Below, one piece after another: positions 18,780-28,443 of a stretch of DNA of 49,842 bases (its first letter is position 1; the number at the start of each line of letters is the position of its first letter). The notes beneath the pieces were generated by a model, which was not told where the DNA came from, ran no database searches, and saw only the letters and a program-made list of their open reading frames with translations. The DNA lies in NCBI GenBank assembly GCA_043769845.1, contig JAYVIX010000200.1, positions 1 through 49,842 on the forward strand, in the 5' to 3' direction. A program made the translations under genes and the position numbers. The stretch comes from Cytophagales bacterium (GTDB lineage: Bacteria; Bacteroidota; Bacteroidia; Cytophagales; UBA9547).

Positions 18780-20246
18780 ATGGCACTTCCTAAACGTTCC
18801 GAAGATTATTCGGCTTGGTACAATGAATTAGTAAAAAATGCAGACTTGGCCGAAAACTCGGCAGTACGTGGTTGCATGGTGATCAAACCTTATGGTTATT
18901 CGATCTGGGAAAAAATGCAGGCCGATTTGGACAGACGTTTTAAAGAAACTGGCCATTCAAATGCCTATTTTCCTCTTTTTATCCCCAAATCGTTTCTTAG
19001 CAAAGAAGCTCAACATGTCGAGGGTTTTGCGAAAGAATGTGCCGTTGTAACGCATTATCGTCTAAAAAATGCGGAAGATGGAAGTGGAGTAGTAGTAGAC
19101 CCTGCTGCGAAATTGGAAGAAGAATTAATCGTGCGTCCGACTTCTGAAACCGTTATTTGGAGTACTTACAAAAACTGGATCCAGTCGTACCGTGACCTTC
19201 CATTATTGGTCAACCAATGGGCCAACGTGGTGCGTTGGGAAATGCGTACACGTTTGTTTTTGCGCACTACTGAGTTTCTTTGGCAAGAAGGCCATACTGC
19301 CCACGCTACCAAAATGGAAGCGATCGAAGAAACCGAGCAAATGCTAAATGTCTATGCTGATTTTGCTGAAAATATATTGGCACTTCCAGTTGTAAAAGGG
19401 ATAAAAACAGCCAATGAACGTTTTGCAGGTGCTGAAGAAACGTATTGCATCGAAGCCATGATGCAAGACGGAAAAGCCTTACAAGCAGGGACCTCCCACT
19501 TTTTGGGACAAAATTTTGCGAAAGCTTTCGAAGTAAAATACGCCAAAAAAGAAGGCGGATTGGAATATGTGTGGGGAACTTCATGGGGTGTAAGTACGCG
19601 TTTGATGGGCGCACTCATTATGGCACACTCTGACGATCAAGGACTTGTGTTGCCTCCAAGATTGGCTCCAATTCAAGTTGTGATTGTTCCAATTTTTAAA
19701 AAGGACGAAGAACTCGCAGCAATTAGCGAATTAGCTAAAAAATTAGTACAAGAACTTAGGGCAAAAGGCATCTCAGTGAAATTTGACGATACTGATAAGT
19801 ATACGCCTGGCTACAAGTTTGCTGAATATGAGTTGAAAGGTGTTCCTGTACGTATTGCTATTGGTCCGCGTGATATGCAAAACGGAACGGCAGAAATTGC
19901 ACGAAGAGACACAAGAGAGAAGTTCACAGTTGACAGTTCACAGTTGATAGTTAGAATTCCAGAGTTGCTTGAGGAAATTCAGCAGAATATTTATAACAAA
20001 GCCCTGAAATTCAGAGAAGAAAGTACACACAAGGTCGATACCCTGGAAGAATTCAAAGCGGTGATGAACAAAGGCGGTTTTGCACTGGCGCATTGGGACG
20101 GAACTTCTGAAACAGAAGAAAAAATCAAACAAGAAACTAAAGCCACTATTCGTTGTATTCCTTTGGATGCGGTTGAAGAAATTGGAAAATGTATTTTTAC
20201 TGGCAAAGATTCGAACAAGCGCGTATTGTTTGCAGTGGCCTATTAA
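18780..20246 (+). CDS. proS: Proline--tRNA ligase
   Basis: 488 aa. N-terminus [41 protein letters not shown] and the class II motif [16 protein letters not shown]. Confidence 0.95.
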   Translation: MALPKRSEDYSAWYNELVKNADLAENSAVRGCMVIKPYGYSIWEKMQADLDRRFKETGHSNAYFPLFIPKSFLSKEAQHVEGFAKECAVVTHYRLKNAEDGSGVVVDPAAKLEEELIVRPTSETVIWSTYKNWIQSYRDLPLLVNQWANVVRWEMRTRLFLRTTEFLWQEGHTAHATKMEAIEETEQMLNVYADFAENILALPVVKGIKTANERFAGAEETYCIEAMMQDGKALQAGTSHFLGQNFAKAFEVKYAKKEGGLEYVWGTSWGVSTRLMGALIMAHSDDQGLVLPPRLAPIQVVIVPIFKKDEELAAISELAKKLVQELRAKGISVKFDDTDKYTPGYKFAEYELKGVPVRIAIGPRDMQNGTAEIARRDTREKFTVDSSQLIVRIPELLEEIQQNIYNKALKFREESTHKVDTLEEFKAVMNKGGFALAHWDGTSETEEKIKQETKATIRCIPLDAVEEIGKCIFTGKDSNKRVLFAVAY

Positions 20247-20285
20247 TTTGAATTTACCTAGTTTTTGAAAATTCATTTAAATAGC

Positions 20286-20327
20286 AAATCGACCGATTTC
20301 TCCACAAAGAAATCGGTCGATTTTGTA
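20286..20327 (+). terminator. Rho-independent terminator of proS
   Basis: Perfect 15-bp stem AAATCGACCGATTTC / GAAATCGGTCGATTT followed by TTTT. Confidence 0.85.
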
Positions 20328-20491
20328 ATAGGCTTTTCTGATAATGTGTAGCTCATTTGGCTATTTTTCGACTGCTTCCTGCGGGGGTTCAGATTCAATT
20401 CAGTAAGAAGATCTGACTGACATTTGATCGAACTCAGATTGACGTTCTTACCTAAATAGTAAAATTATATTTCACTTATAAAACAGGACAT

Positions 20492-20529
20492 AAAAAAGTG
20501 GCTGTCCTAAAAGAACAGCCACTTTTTTT
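20492..20529. terminator. Bidirectional terminator hairpin
   Basis: AAAAAAGTGGCTGT ... ACAGCCACTTTTTTT: an 8-bp GC-containing stem flanked by an A-run and a T-run, between convergent proS and the UXS gene. Confidence 0.75.
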
Positions 20530-20687
20530 AGTGCAATAAATCAGCTTATTTTAAAGCTATTTGCTTGAAATATTACAACGAAAATTTCAAGCATTCACCA
20601 TTTAGTACAGCCTCTTTTTTTCGGTGGAAGATAAACTCCACCAATTCGTGGTTTTTATCTAACCAAATCCAGCGAGGTAGTTTAAGC

Positions 20688-21662
20688 CTATTTATTTTGA
20701 AACTCCTTAGGTACAATATTGTATTCAGGCAGGTTCTTGAAATAATCATAAGTAATTTTCAACCCTTCCGCACGGTCGATCTTAGGCTCCCAACCTAGTA
20801 ATTCTTTTGCACGCGTAATATCTGGCTTGCGTTGTTTCGGGTCGTCAGTAGGAAGTGGCTTGTAGATCACTTTTGTGCCAGAACCTGTCAACTTGATAAT
20901 TTCCTCCGCAAACTCCTTCATCGTGATTTCCACTGGGTTGCCACAGTTTACAGGCAAATGATAATCGCTGAAAAGCAAACGGTAAATTCCGTCCACCAAA
21001 TCAGAAACATAACAGAACGCACGAGTTTGTGTTCCATCACCAAAAGCGGTAAGGTCTTCACCTCTAATTGCTTGTCCAATAAAAGTAGGCAATACACGAC
21101 CATCGTTCAGTCGCATTCTTGGGCCATAGGTGTTGAAAATACGAACAATTCTAGTTTCCAAACCATGCACATTGTTGTATGCCATTGTGATCGCTTCTTG
21201 GAAACGCTTAGCCTCGTCATAGCAACCTCTTGGTCCAACTGGGTTTACATTTCCCCAATAATCTTCTGTTTGTGGGTGAACTAATGGATCGCCATATACT
21301 TCAGAAGTAGAAGCCACCAATACTCTCGCACCTTTTGCGCGAGCCAAACCAAGCACGTTGTGTGTTCCTAATGAACTCACTTTCAATGTTTGGATCGGGA
21401 TTTTTAAATAATCAATCGGACTAGCTGGCGATGCAAAATGCAGGATGTAATCCAACTCGCCAGGTACGTGGATGTATTTACTCACGTCTTGGTGGTAAAA
21501 CTCGAAGTCAGGCAGTTTAAACAAATGTTCAATATTTCTTAACTCGCCCGTAATTAGGTTATCCATTCCGATCACATAGTAACCTTCTTTGATAAACCTG
21601 TCGCAAAGATGCGAGCCCAAAAAGCCTGCCGCACCCGTTATCAATACTCTTTTCTTAGCCAT
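20688..21662 (-). CDS. UDP-glucuronate decarboxylase (UDP-xylose synthase), SDR family
   Basis: 324 aa. Motifs are [48 protein letters not shown] and [10 protein letters not shown]. Confidence 0.85.
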   Translation of the reverse strand: MAKKRVLITGAAGFLGSHLCDRFIKEGYYVIGMDNLITGELRNIEHLFKLPDFEFYHQDVSKYIHVPGELDYILHFASPASPIDYLKIPIQTLKVSSLGTHNVLGLARAKGARVLVASTSEVYGDPLVHPQTEDYWGNVNPVGPRGCYDEAKRFQEAITMAYNNVHGLETRIVRIFNTYGPRMRLNDGRVLPTFIGQAIRGEDLTAFGDGTQTRAFCYVSDLVDGIYRLLFSDYHLPVNCGNPVEITMKEFAEEIIKLTGSGTKVIYKPLPTDDPKQRKPDITRAKELLGWEPKIDRAEGLKITYDYFKNLPEYNIVPKEFQNK

Positions 21663-21740
21663 TTCTTTTTGAGGTTTTAAGTTAGGTTTTAGGTTTTAAG
21701 GTAAAAGCAAAAGCCTAATACCCAAACCTAATGCCTTAAA

Positions 21741-23063
21741 TTATACTGTTTTAATACCAATGCAATGATAGTCGAAGCCTAATTCTTTCACTTCGGCAAG
21801 GTCGAATACGTTTCTTCCATCAAAAATCACTTTGCTTTTCATCAATTTGCTCATCACAGTGAAGTTTGGCGAACGGAATTCAGGCCATTCTGTCACTACC
21901 AAAAGCGCATCAATATCAATTAAAGTCTCGTTTTCGTCTTTGCAATAGGTAATCGTGTCACCGAGTGTTTTCTCCGCTTCGTGCATCGCTACTGGATCGT
22001 AAGCTTTCACTTGTCCACCTGCTTTTAATATGCTTTCGATAATCACCAATGAAGGTGCCTCGCGCATGTCGTCCGTTTTTGGTTTAAAAGACAATCCCCA
22101 CATTCCGAAGGTTTTACCTTTTAAATCGGTACCGAATTTCGTTGTGATTTTGTTGAAAAGTACTTCTTTCTGTGAATCGTTTACGTCTTCTACTGCGTTT
22201 AAAACACGCATGTCGTAGCCGTATTGTTTGGCAGTTTTGATCAATGCTTTTACGTCTTTCGGGAAGCAAGATCCTCCGTAACCAACGCCTGGGTAGATAA
22301 AACGGGTTCCTATACGAGCATCAGAACCGATTCCTTTACGTACCATGTTCACGTCTGCACCAACCAATTCACAAAGATTGGCTACATCGTTCATGAAACT
22401 GATTTTAGTTGCCAGCATAGAATTGGCCGCATATTTGGTCATTTCCGAAGAACGAATATCCATGAACAAAAGTGGGTGACCATTCATCAAAAATGGTTTG
22501 TACAATTTTTTCATTACATCTTCCGCCCTCTTGCTTTCGATACCTACCACGATACGGTCTGGTTTTCCAAAGTCGTCAATAGCCGCACCTTCTTTCAAGA
22601 ATTCAGGATTCGAAGCCACATCATATTCTTGTGTGCTTCCTCGAGCATCCAATGCTTTTTTTACTTCTGCTTTTACTTTTTCAGAAGTTCCTACTGGCAC
22701 CGTACTTTTGGTAACTACTACTGTATAATTCTGCAAGTTTTCACCAATTGCTTTTGCAACTGCCAGTACATATTTCAGATCTGCACTTCCATCTTCGCCA
22801 GGAGGGGTTCCTACCGCGATGAAAATTGTTTCTGCATCTTTGATTCCTTCTGCGATAGAAGTAGAAAAATGCAAACGACCTTTTTCCATGTTCTTGAGAA
22901 CTAATTCTTCAAGACCTGGCTCATAAATAGGCATAATGCCTTTATGAAGGTTGTCGATTTTCTTTTGGTCGATGTCAATACATGTAACATCAATTCCCGT
23001 TTCTGCAAAACATGTACCCGACACTAGGCCTACATAACCAGTACCAACAACAGCTATCTTCAT
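21741..23063 (-). CDS. ugd: UDP-glucose 6-dehydrogenase
   Basis: 440 aa. N-terminus MKIAVVGTGYVGLVSG, catalytic region GGSCFPKDV, and the C-terminal UDP-binding region. Confidence 0.9.
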   Translation of the reverse strand: MKIAVVGTGYVGLVSGTCFAETGIDVTCIDIDQKKIDNLHKGIMPIYEPGLEELVLKNMEKGRLHFSTSIAEGIKDAETIFIAVGTPPGEDGSADLKYVLAVAKAIGENLQNYTVVVTKSTVPVGTSEKVKAEVKKALDARGSTQEYDVASNPEFLKEGAAIDDFGKPDRIVVGIESKRAEDVMKKLYKPFLMNGHPLLFMDIRSSEMTKYAANSMLATKISFMNDVANLCELVGADVNMVRKGIGSDARIGTRFIYPGVGYGGSCFPKDVKALIKTAKQYGYDMRVLNAVEDVNDSQKEVLFNKITTKFGTDLKGKTFGMWGLSFKPKTDDMREAPSLVIIESILKAGGQVKAYDPVAMHEAEKTLGDTITYCKDENETLIDIDALLVVTEWPEFRSPNFTVMSKLMKSKVIFDGRNVFDLAEVKELGFDYHCIGIKTV

Positions 23064-23352
23064 TTCTAGTTTTTAATTATTTATGGATTTCAAATATAAG
23101 ACCTAAATACCTTTGTGATGGTTGTCTGCTATTACAGGCAATGTCAATGCAACATTAGTCGCTGTTTGTGCAAAAAGAAGCCAACACAATCCTTATTCTC
23201 ATTTATTACAAGTTTACAGAGTTCAAATATAAAACTAATACAACACGAAAACATAAAACTATTAAATGTCGTAAAAACATTTGCCTAAGATTTTTTTTGC
23301 AAATTGCAAATTCTGAATATATTGAAATTATTGATATTAAATCATATTGATT

Positions 23353-26300
23353 ATGCGTTTTTGTTTTCCCATTCTTTTATGTTCATTTTTTGCAACAGTT
23401 GCCTTTGGACAAAAAGCAGAGCTTGATTCCTTGGTGGATAAAAAATTGTACCTGAAAAATATCAAAATCTATAGAACGATTTTGAAAGATGGGCCAAACA
23501 AAGATGTAAGTCTAAAACTAGCTGAAGCTTTGCGAGCGGTGGAAAATAATCAAGAAGCGGTAATGGAATATGCCAGCGTGATTGATCGGCCAGATATCAA
23601 CCCCATTTACTACAAACATTATAGTGATGTACTATGTAAAACTGGCGATTTAGAAGAATGCAAAAGATGGGAATTGCGCTACAAAGAATCAGCTAAAAGA
23701 GCCGATAAGACTTCTGATGCCGTAATTGATATTGATACTTCGAAACATTTTTTAAGTCGCGTACCTTTCAATTCGCCTGAAACTGATTTTGGTCCAGCAT
23801 TTTATAAAGGAGGGATTTTATATGTATCTGCCTATTCTTTAAACAGCAAAAACACGGTCCATCAAGGTACTGGCGAGTCGTTCTATCATTTTTATTATGC
23901 TGAAAAGAAAAAAGAAGACGGTTTTCAGCCCCCTATGGAAGTATTTAAATCAATCAATTCGGCAACCTACGAAGGCCCTATGAGTCTCAGTGCAGACAAT
24001 TCTACCATTTTCTTTAATAAAAATAATTTTAGTGATCTAAAGGCGAAATCAAAAGATAAAAAACTCATACTTCAAATAGTACAAGGCGTGATTGAAAACG
24101 ATGAGATTACAAATATATCAGATTTTCCATATAATAATGAGTATCATACCTGCACCCATCCGACTATTTCGGCAGATGGCAAAGAATTGTATTTTGCCTC
24201 TACCATGGATTCTACCCAAGGCGGCTCTGATATTTTTGTTTCGAAACTTATAAACGGCAAATGGGCGGCTCCCGAAAACCTTGGAGTCAATGTGAATAGT
24301 GCGGAAGATGAAGTGTATCCATTTATTTCATCAGATGGAAAATTATATTTTTCCTCCGCTGGCAATGGCAGCATGGGAGGTTACGATGTGTTTGTGACTG
24401 AAAAAAAGAATGGTGTTTGGCAAAAGGCATTAAACCTAGGACTTCCATTTAATACCATTTTTGATGATTTTTCATTAATCAAAAACGAAAGTCAAGGCGT
24501 TGGGTATCTATCATCAAACCGAGCAAGCAGTATAGGTAGTGATGACATTTTTACGTTTTCCAATGCTTATACTACTTCTGATGATGAAAAGAAGTATCAC
24601 CCTCTTTTGATAAGCCTTATCAATAAAGACAATTTTTCTAAACAAAAAGGAAATAAAATCAGAGGAGTTTTGAAACCCAATAATTCTAGTGTTTCATTCG
24701 AAAGAATTATAATTAATTTATTAGACAAGAACAAAACAGTTGTAAAACGCAGTTTCGTAACGAAAGACGGACATTTTTCATTTTCAAACGTCAATCCTGA
24801 TAATTATTTGGTCAATTATCAATCGGTTAAATTAAATGCAGCGGCTGAGTTGAGCATGATTAATAAGGTTGAAGGCTTTGTAGATGCCGAAGAATTGGTG
24901 GATTTCAGAATTGGTGAAATAAAGAAAGATTCTTTGCTGATCGTTAAAAATAATTTTGTGGTAGGCAAGCTCAATATTTTAAATAAATCTCAAGAGACTG
25001 GAGAGCAAGTGAGCCTTATTTTGGCGGATTCTGTCGGAAAAATCATCAAACGGGTAGAAGTTGGCCGCAATGGCTACTTTGTATTTCGAAACTTGCCAAT
25101 TGGAAATTACTTTATCCTGACCGAAGATTTTGATCCAAACTACATTTGTGAAATGTATTATCATAACCCTGAAAAAACCAAATCTATCAATCGGGCAGAC
25201 ATGCTGACGTTCCATTATCGTCATCTGCATCCTGATTCGTTACGCGACAAGAATATAATTTTGCATGGTCGAGTAAAACAGGCTGAGCCAGAAGGGGAAA
25301 TTGTTTTACTATTGGACGGTAGCGACAATGTGATAGATAGAACCATCACAAACAAAGATGGATATTTTGTGTTCCGCGAATTGGATGGTGAAAACATGCA
25401 TGTATTGGTCATGAACGATCACCCTCTTTTAGATTTTATCCACAATACGATTTATCAACTTGAAGATTCGGTGTACCATGTTACCGAAAAAATGATTTAT
25501 AAACGATTACCCTACGACACGTCCGTTATCGCCCAAAAAGTGGTTATAAACGGACGTTTGACTAGCGGAAACAAACCATTGGAAAACAAGCTGGTCTTGC
25601 TTGTTGATAAATACGAAATGGTGGTAAGTGGTGTAATAACGAATGCTGATGGATTTTTTGCCTTTCATCATCTAAATCCTGACGATTATTACATAGTGGT
25701 CGATTCCAAAGAACCCGATTATTTACTTGAAAGAAACATTAACCGAGAAGACAGTGAAATGATGGTTTCAGAAGGCGATTTTAGCAAGTTTAACTACAAA
25801 AAATTGACTAATGATCAGGTTGTTTCGCTTCAAGGAGAGGCGTTCAGCAAATCTACCCAAAAACCAATTGCAGATCAGTTATTGTTATTGCTCGATGAAA
25901 ATGGAAAAATAATAAGACATACGGTTCTAGGTAAAAACGGAAAGTTCACGTTCGTAAATTTAAAGCCAGATAATTATTTGATGCTTTTTCAAAACTATGA
26001 CCACGATCAGAAAATCAAATTTAGACTTGTAAAAGACGAAAAAATGAAAGATATGGAGGTAGATGAAAAGAAAGAACGCGTTTCTGTGCCAATCGTTCAA
26101 ACAGAAAGTAAACTAATTGTTTTCTTTGATTATAACAGCGATAAACTGAAAGCAAAAGATGCCCAAAAAGTACTGAATTTTTACAAATCAGTGCATGGAA
26201 AAGAGATCGAATTGCATGGTTTTACAGACATGTCAGGTTCAGATAGTTTCAATTTGGCTTTGGCTAAAAAACGAATTTTGGCCTGCGAGCAAATATTAAA

Positions 26301-26415
26301 AACGGCAAACCTCGATTTGAAAACAAATGAAGTGCCAGAAGGAAGAACAAATAAATTTGGCGAGCGAGCCCCTGCATTAAACAGGCGTGTGGAATTGAAG
26401 CTAAAAGAAAACTAA
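23353..26415 (+). CDS. Large OmpA-family outer-membrane/periplasmic protein: TPR-like, TolB-like beta-propeller, five CarboxypepD_reg-like repeats, OmpA_C
   Basis: About 1020 aa. Signal peptide MRFCFPILLCSFFATVAFGQ. PD40-like repeats (HPTISADGKELYFAS, PFISSDGKLYFSS). Five modules each end in DGHFSFSNVNPDNYLV / NGYFVFRNLPIGNYFIL / DGYFVFRELDGENMHVLV / DGFFAFHHLNPDDYYIVV / NGKFTFVNLKPDNYLMLF. The C-terminus is OmpA-like (FDYNSDKL...NRRVELKL). The track start at 23347 is TTG and the ATG is at 23353. Confidence 0.8.
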   Translation: MRFCFPILLCSFFATVAFGQKAELDSLVDKKLYLKNIKIYRTILKDGPNKDVSLKLAEALRAVENNQEAVMEYASVIDRPDINPIYYKHYSDVLCKTGDLEECKRWELRYKESAKRADKTSDAVIDIDTSKHFLSRVPFNSPETDFGPAFYKGGILYVSAYSLNSKNTVHQGTGESFYHFYYAEKKKEDGFQPPMEVFKSINSATYEGPMSLSADNSTIFFNKNNFSDLKAKSKDKKLILQIVQGVIENDEITNISDFPYNNEYHTCTHPTISADGKELYFASTMDSTQGGSDIFVSKLINGKWAAPENLGVNVNSAEDEVYPFISSDGKLYFSSAGNGSMGGYDVFVTEKKNGVWQKALNLGLPFNTIFDDFSLIKNESQGVGYLSSNRASSIGSDDIFTFSNAYTTSDDEKKYHPLLISLINKDNFSKQKGNKIRGVLKPNNSSVSFERIIINLLDKNKTVVKRSFVTKDGHFSFSNVNPDNYLVNYQSVKLNAAAELSMINKVEGFVDAEELVDFRIGEIKKDSLLIVKNNFVVGKLNILNKSQETGEQVSLILADSVGKIIKRVEVGRNGYFVFRNLPIGNYFILTEDFDPNYICEMYYHNPEKTKSINRADMLTFHYRHLHPDSLRDKNIILHGRVKQAEPEGEIVLLLDGSDNVIDRTITNKDGYFVFRELDGENMHVLVMNDHPLLDFIHNTIYQLEDSVYHVTEKMIYKRLPYDTSVIAQKVVINGRLTSGNKPLENKLVLLVDKYEMVVSGVITNADGFFAFHHLNPDDYYIVVDSKEPDYLLERNINREDSEMMVSEGDFSKFNYKKLTNDQVVSLQGEAFSKSTQKPIADQLLLLLDENGKIIRHTVLGKNGKFTFVNLKPDNYLMLFQNYDHDQKIKFRLVKDEKMKDMEVDEKKERVSVPIVQTESKLIVFFDYNSDKLKAKDAQKVLNFYKSVHGKEIELHGFTDMSGSDSFNLALAKKRILACEQILKTANLDLKTNEVPEGRTNKFGERAPALNRRVELKLKEN

Positions 26416-26565
26416 GACTATTTTTCTTTTAGTAATTGATTTCTAAAGACCACTCCATTACTTTTCTTGAAACAACACTGGCATAATCTCTTATTTCGAT
26501 TGTCGTTGTAGGTGCATAAAATAAAGACCTAAAGGTAAATGATCACCTTTTATTATTTGAATATT

Positions 26566-27411
26566 TTATCCTGTAACTAAAAAGTTAGAAACTCCATTTG
26601 CCACTACATTGCCAAGTGCATTTCGCAATATCCAAGTGATATTTTCGGGTTTGACGAGTATGGAAGAAAGTTGAATTTGGTTTGTCGCAGGATTTGGGAA
26701 AACCGAAAAGCTGGCAGAAATATCGTTTTCAGTTATTCCCAAAGCGGCATTTAGTGGATCAATTTCTCTGGTTATAAACTGAGCACTCGGAATAGTCGAA
26801 TGGGTGGTTTTGAGGGTTTTTACTGCTCCTTGGTACCAATATTTCAAATTTTGACGAACTCCAATGCTAGTTTTTCCAGAAGTTTGGGGCGCAAAAGTGA
26901 CAGCTCCTGACAGTTCCTGGATTCCATTGACGTAATCGGTCATGAGGCCATTTTTTTAGACCAAAGCCACATGACACCATTCACCAACTGGATGCAAAAT
27001 ACCAGTCGAGAGCAATGTTTTTTTCGGAAGTTCCAGATTTGATGTACGTATCCAAATACCAAAATGCACCCACGAGTCGAAGCTCGACTGTGATTCGGTT
27101 GTTATTGTCTTGTTCGATGTGTACAAAACGTGGTTCTACCGAACTTGCTGGATTCGGGTTTAAAAATCACCTCAATGGTAAATTCCGTTGCATTTGCAAC
27201 AGGATTGGCATCGACCACGATTCCGTCAGTTGTACCATTGAAAAATACCGCATTGCCCGAAACAGTTTCAATTAGTTTAAGAGTACCTAAAAGAGTGGTT
27301 TTCTTGCCTGACAAAGTATCCATTCTATTCAATTCCCAACGACTGGTTTGCGCAATCAAACCGCTGGAAATGAAGAGAAAGTATATTGAGCCTCAATAGG
27401 AGCTTTTTCAT
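26566..27411 (-). pseudogene. Decayed gene for a LamG-domain protein with a T9SS C-terminal sorting domain
   Basis: The signal peptide is split over two frames (MKKLLLRLN / IYFLFISSGLIAQTS). The LamG-like body is split over further frames (…NAVFFNGTTDGIVVDANP…EFTIEVIFKPE / RFVHIEQDNNNRITVELR… / LHPVGEWCHVALV*KNGLMTDYVNG). An in-frame TAA lies near 26956-26958. The Por_Secre_tail-like end is FSVFPNPATNQIQL…. Confidence 0.7.
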
Positions 27412-27470
27412 TTGCAAAACTGAACCATTTTTAAATCATTTTTGGTCATTCTGAATGTTTTTCCGCAGAA

Positions 27471-27511
27471 AAAGCGAGAGACCACTCTTTTCAGAACGGC
27501 CTCTCGCTTTT
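27471..27511 (-). terminator. Rho-independent terminator of the CHASE2 operon
   Basis: GCGAGAG(A)CC ... GG(C)CTCTCGC stem immediately downstream of the stop at 27529. A T-run follows on the minus strand. Confidence 0.7.
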
Positions 27512-27528
27512 CAAACAAATATTAAACC

Positions 27529-28443
27529 CTATTTTTTGATATGTCCCAAATCTACTCTTTCCAAAAAGTTGTTATAGGCGATTTTGTATTCGTCTACACT
27601 TGGTTCTAGCAAAATCGCTTGCTCATAGTAGCTGATTGCTTCCAAGTACAATTTGTTTTGTTCGCAAAACGAGGCCAAAATAATCTTGCTCATAGCCGAT
27701 TCTTCGCCAGCTTCTTCTTTGATCAATTTTAACTCTTTATGCAAATCGTCTGCCTTTTTGCCATCCAACACTTTTACCAATTTTCCTTCGCCAACAGCTG
27801 TTTTTCCTTCTACCAATTTTGGCTCTACCGTTACGATAAACGATTTGTGTTGTTTCAGATCCAAGTCAGCCACGCTCACCGTTACGAAGGTATCCAAGGT
27901 TTCGTAGTTTTTTAAAGGCTCATCAAACATGTCCTTTACTTTTACTACATAGCCATTGGTCGCTTCTTTTTCTTTCAACCATTGTATTTTGACAAAATGC
28001 GAAAGCAATTCACTGTTTTTGGGCAAGAATAGCGTTAATCCATCTTCAATTCCTCTTTCTACCGATCCTGTCACGCCCATTTTCTTTTTCCTGTTTTCTG
28101 TCAAATCTTCTGAATTCTTCGTCATTTCATTCATGACTAAGTCTGCATATTTTTTAGAAAAGGAAGCGGAAGTAGCTAAAACGTTCTTTTCCAAATCGTT
28201 GACTGCATATACTCCAGGCTTTTTCAATTCTACCGACTTGCCCGTTTTGTAAATCATTCCTAAATAACCACCATCTACCATGCGGATTGATTGGCCTTTC
28301 AAGATTTTTGTACCTGTCAGAATAGCTTTGCCATTTTCGAGTGTATTCGCTCCTTTGCTGAATAATACTTTGAATGCAATATCGTCCTGCGCCATCGCGA
28401 TGGTCGAAACGAAAAGAAATGTGATGTAAAAGATCTTTTTCAT
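27529..28443 (-). CDS. Secreted protein with a FecR-like N-terminal beta domain and a TPR-like C-terminus
   Basis: 304 aa. Signal peptide MKKIFYITFLFVSTIAMAQ. The N-terminal part FKVLFSKGANTLENGKAILTGTKILKGQSIRMVDGGYLGMIYKTGKSVELKKPGVY resembles the FecR (PF04773-type) fold pattern. The C-terminal LYLEAISYYEQAILLEPSVDEYKIAYNNFL is TPR-like. Its start overlaps the CHASE2 gene stop (ATGA). Confidence 0.55.
   Translation of the reverse strand: MKKIFYITFLFVSTIAMAQDDIAFKVLFSKGANTLENGKAILTGTKILKGQSIRMVDGGYLGMIYKTGKSVELKKPGVYAVNDLEKNVLATSASFSKKYADLVMNEMTKNSEDLTENRKKKMGVTGSVERGIEDGLTLFLPKNSELLSHFVKIQWLKEKEATNGYVVKVKDMFDEPLKNYETLDTFVTVSVADLDLKQHKSFIVTVEPKLVEGKTAVGEGKLVKVLDGKKADDLHKELKLIKEEAGEESAMSKIILASFCEQNKLYLEAISYYEQAILLEPSVDEYKIAYNNFLERVDLGHIKK

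Noticed and set aside
20383-20396. GGGGGTTCAGATTC resembles a tRNA T-arm/T-loop and could hint at a tRNA fragment or att site.
   Set aside because: The following bases do not complete the T-stem, and I could not build an acceptor or anticodon stem around it.
20565-20798. The 77-aa ORF in the proS-UXS spacer.
   Set aside because: It overlaps the 3' end of the UXS gene on the opposite strand, starts at TTG and has low-complexity content with no recognisable motif.
22224-22904. Long antisense or alternative-frame ORFs: 22224..22904 (226 aa), 46561..47172 (203 aa), 31611..32183 (190 aa), 15665..16195 (176 aa), 48633..49136 (167 aa) and 20832..21284 (150 aa).
   Set aside because: Each lies inside a confidently identified gene (ugd, TonB receptor, CcmF-like, rho, STN protein, UXS). 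Their composition is odd (Cys/Arg/His/Phe-rich), as expected for shadow ORFs.
26530-26552. An AAAGGT…ACCTTTT hairpin as the terminator of the OmpA-like gene.
   Set aside because: The stem is only 6 bp and lies more than 110 nt from the stop codon, which is too weak to report as a feature.
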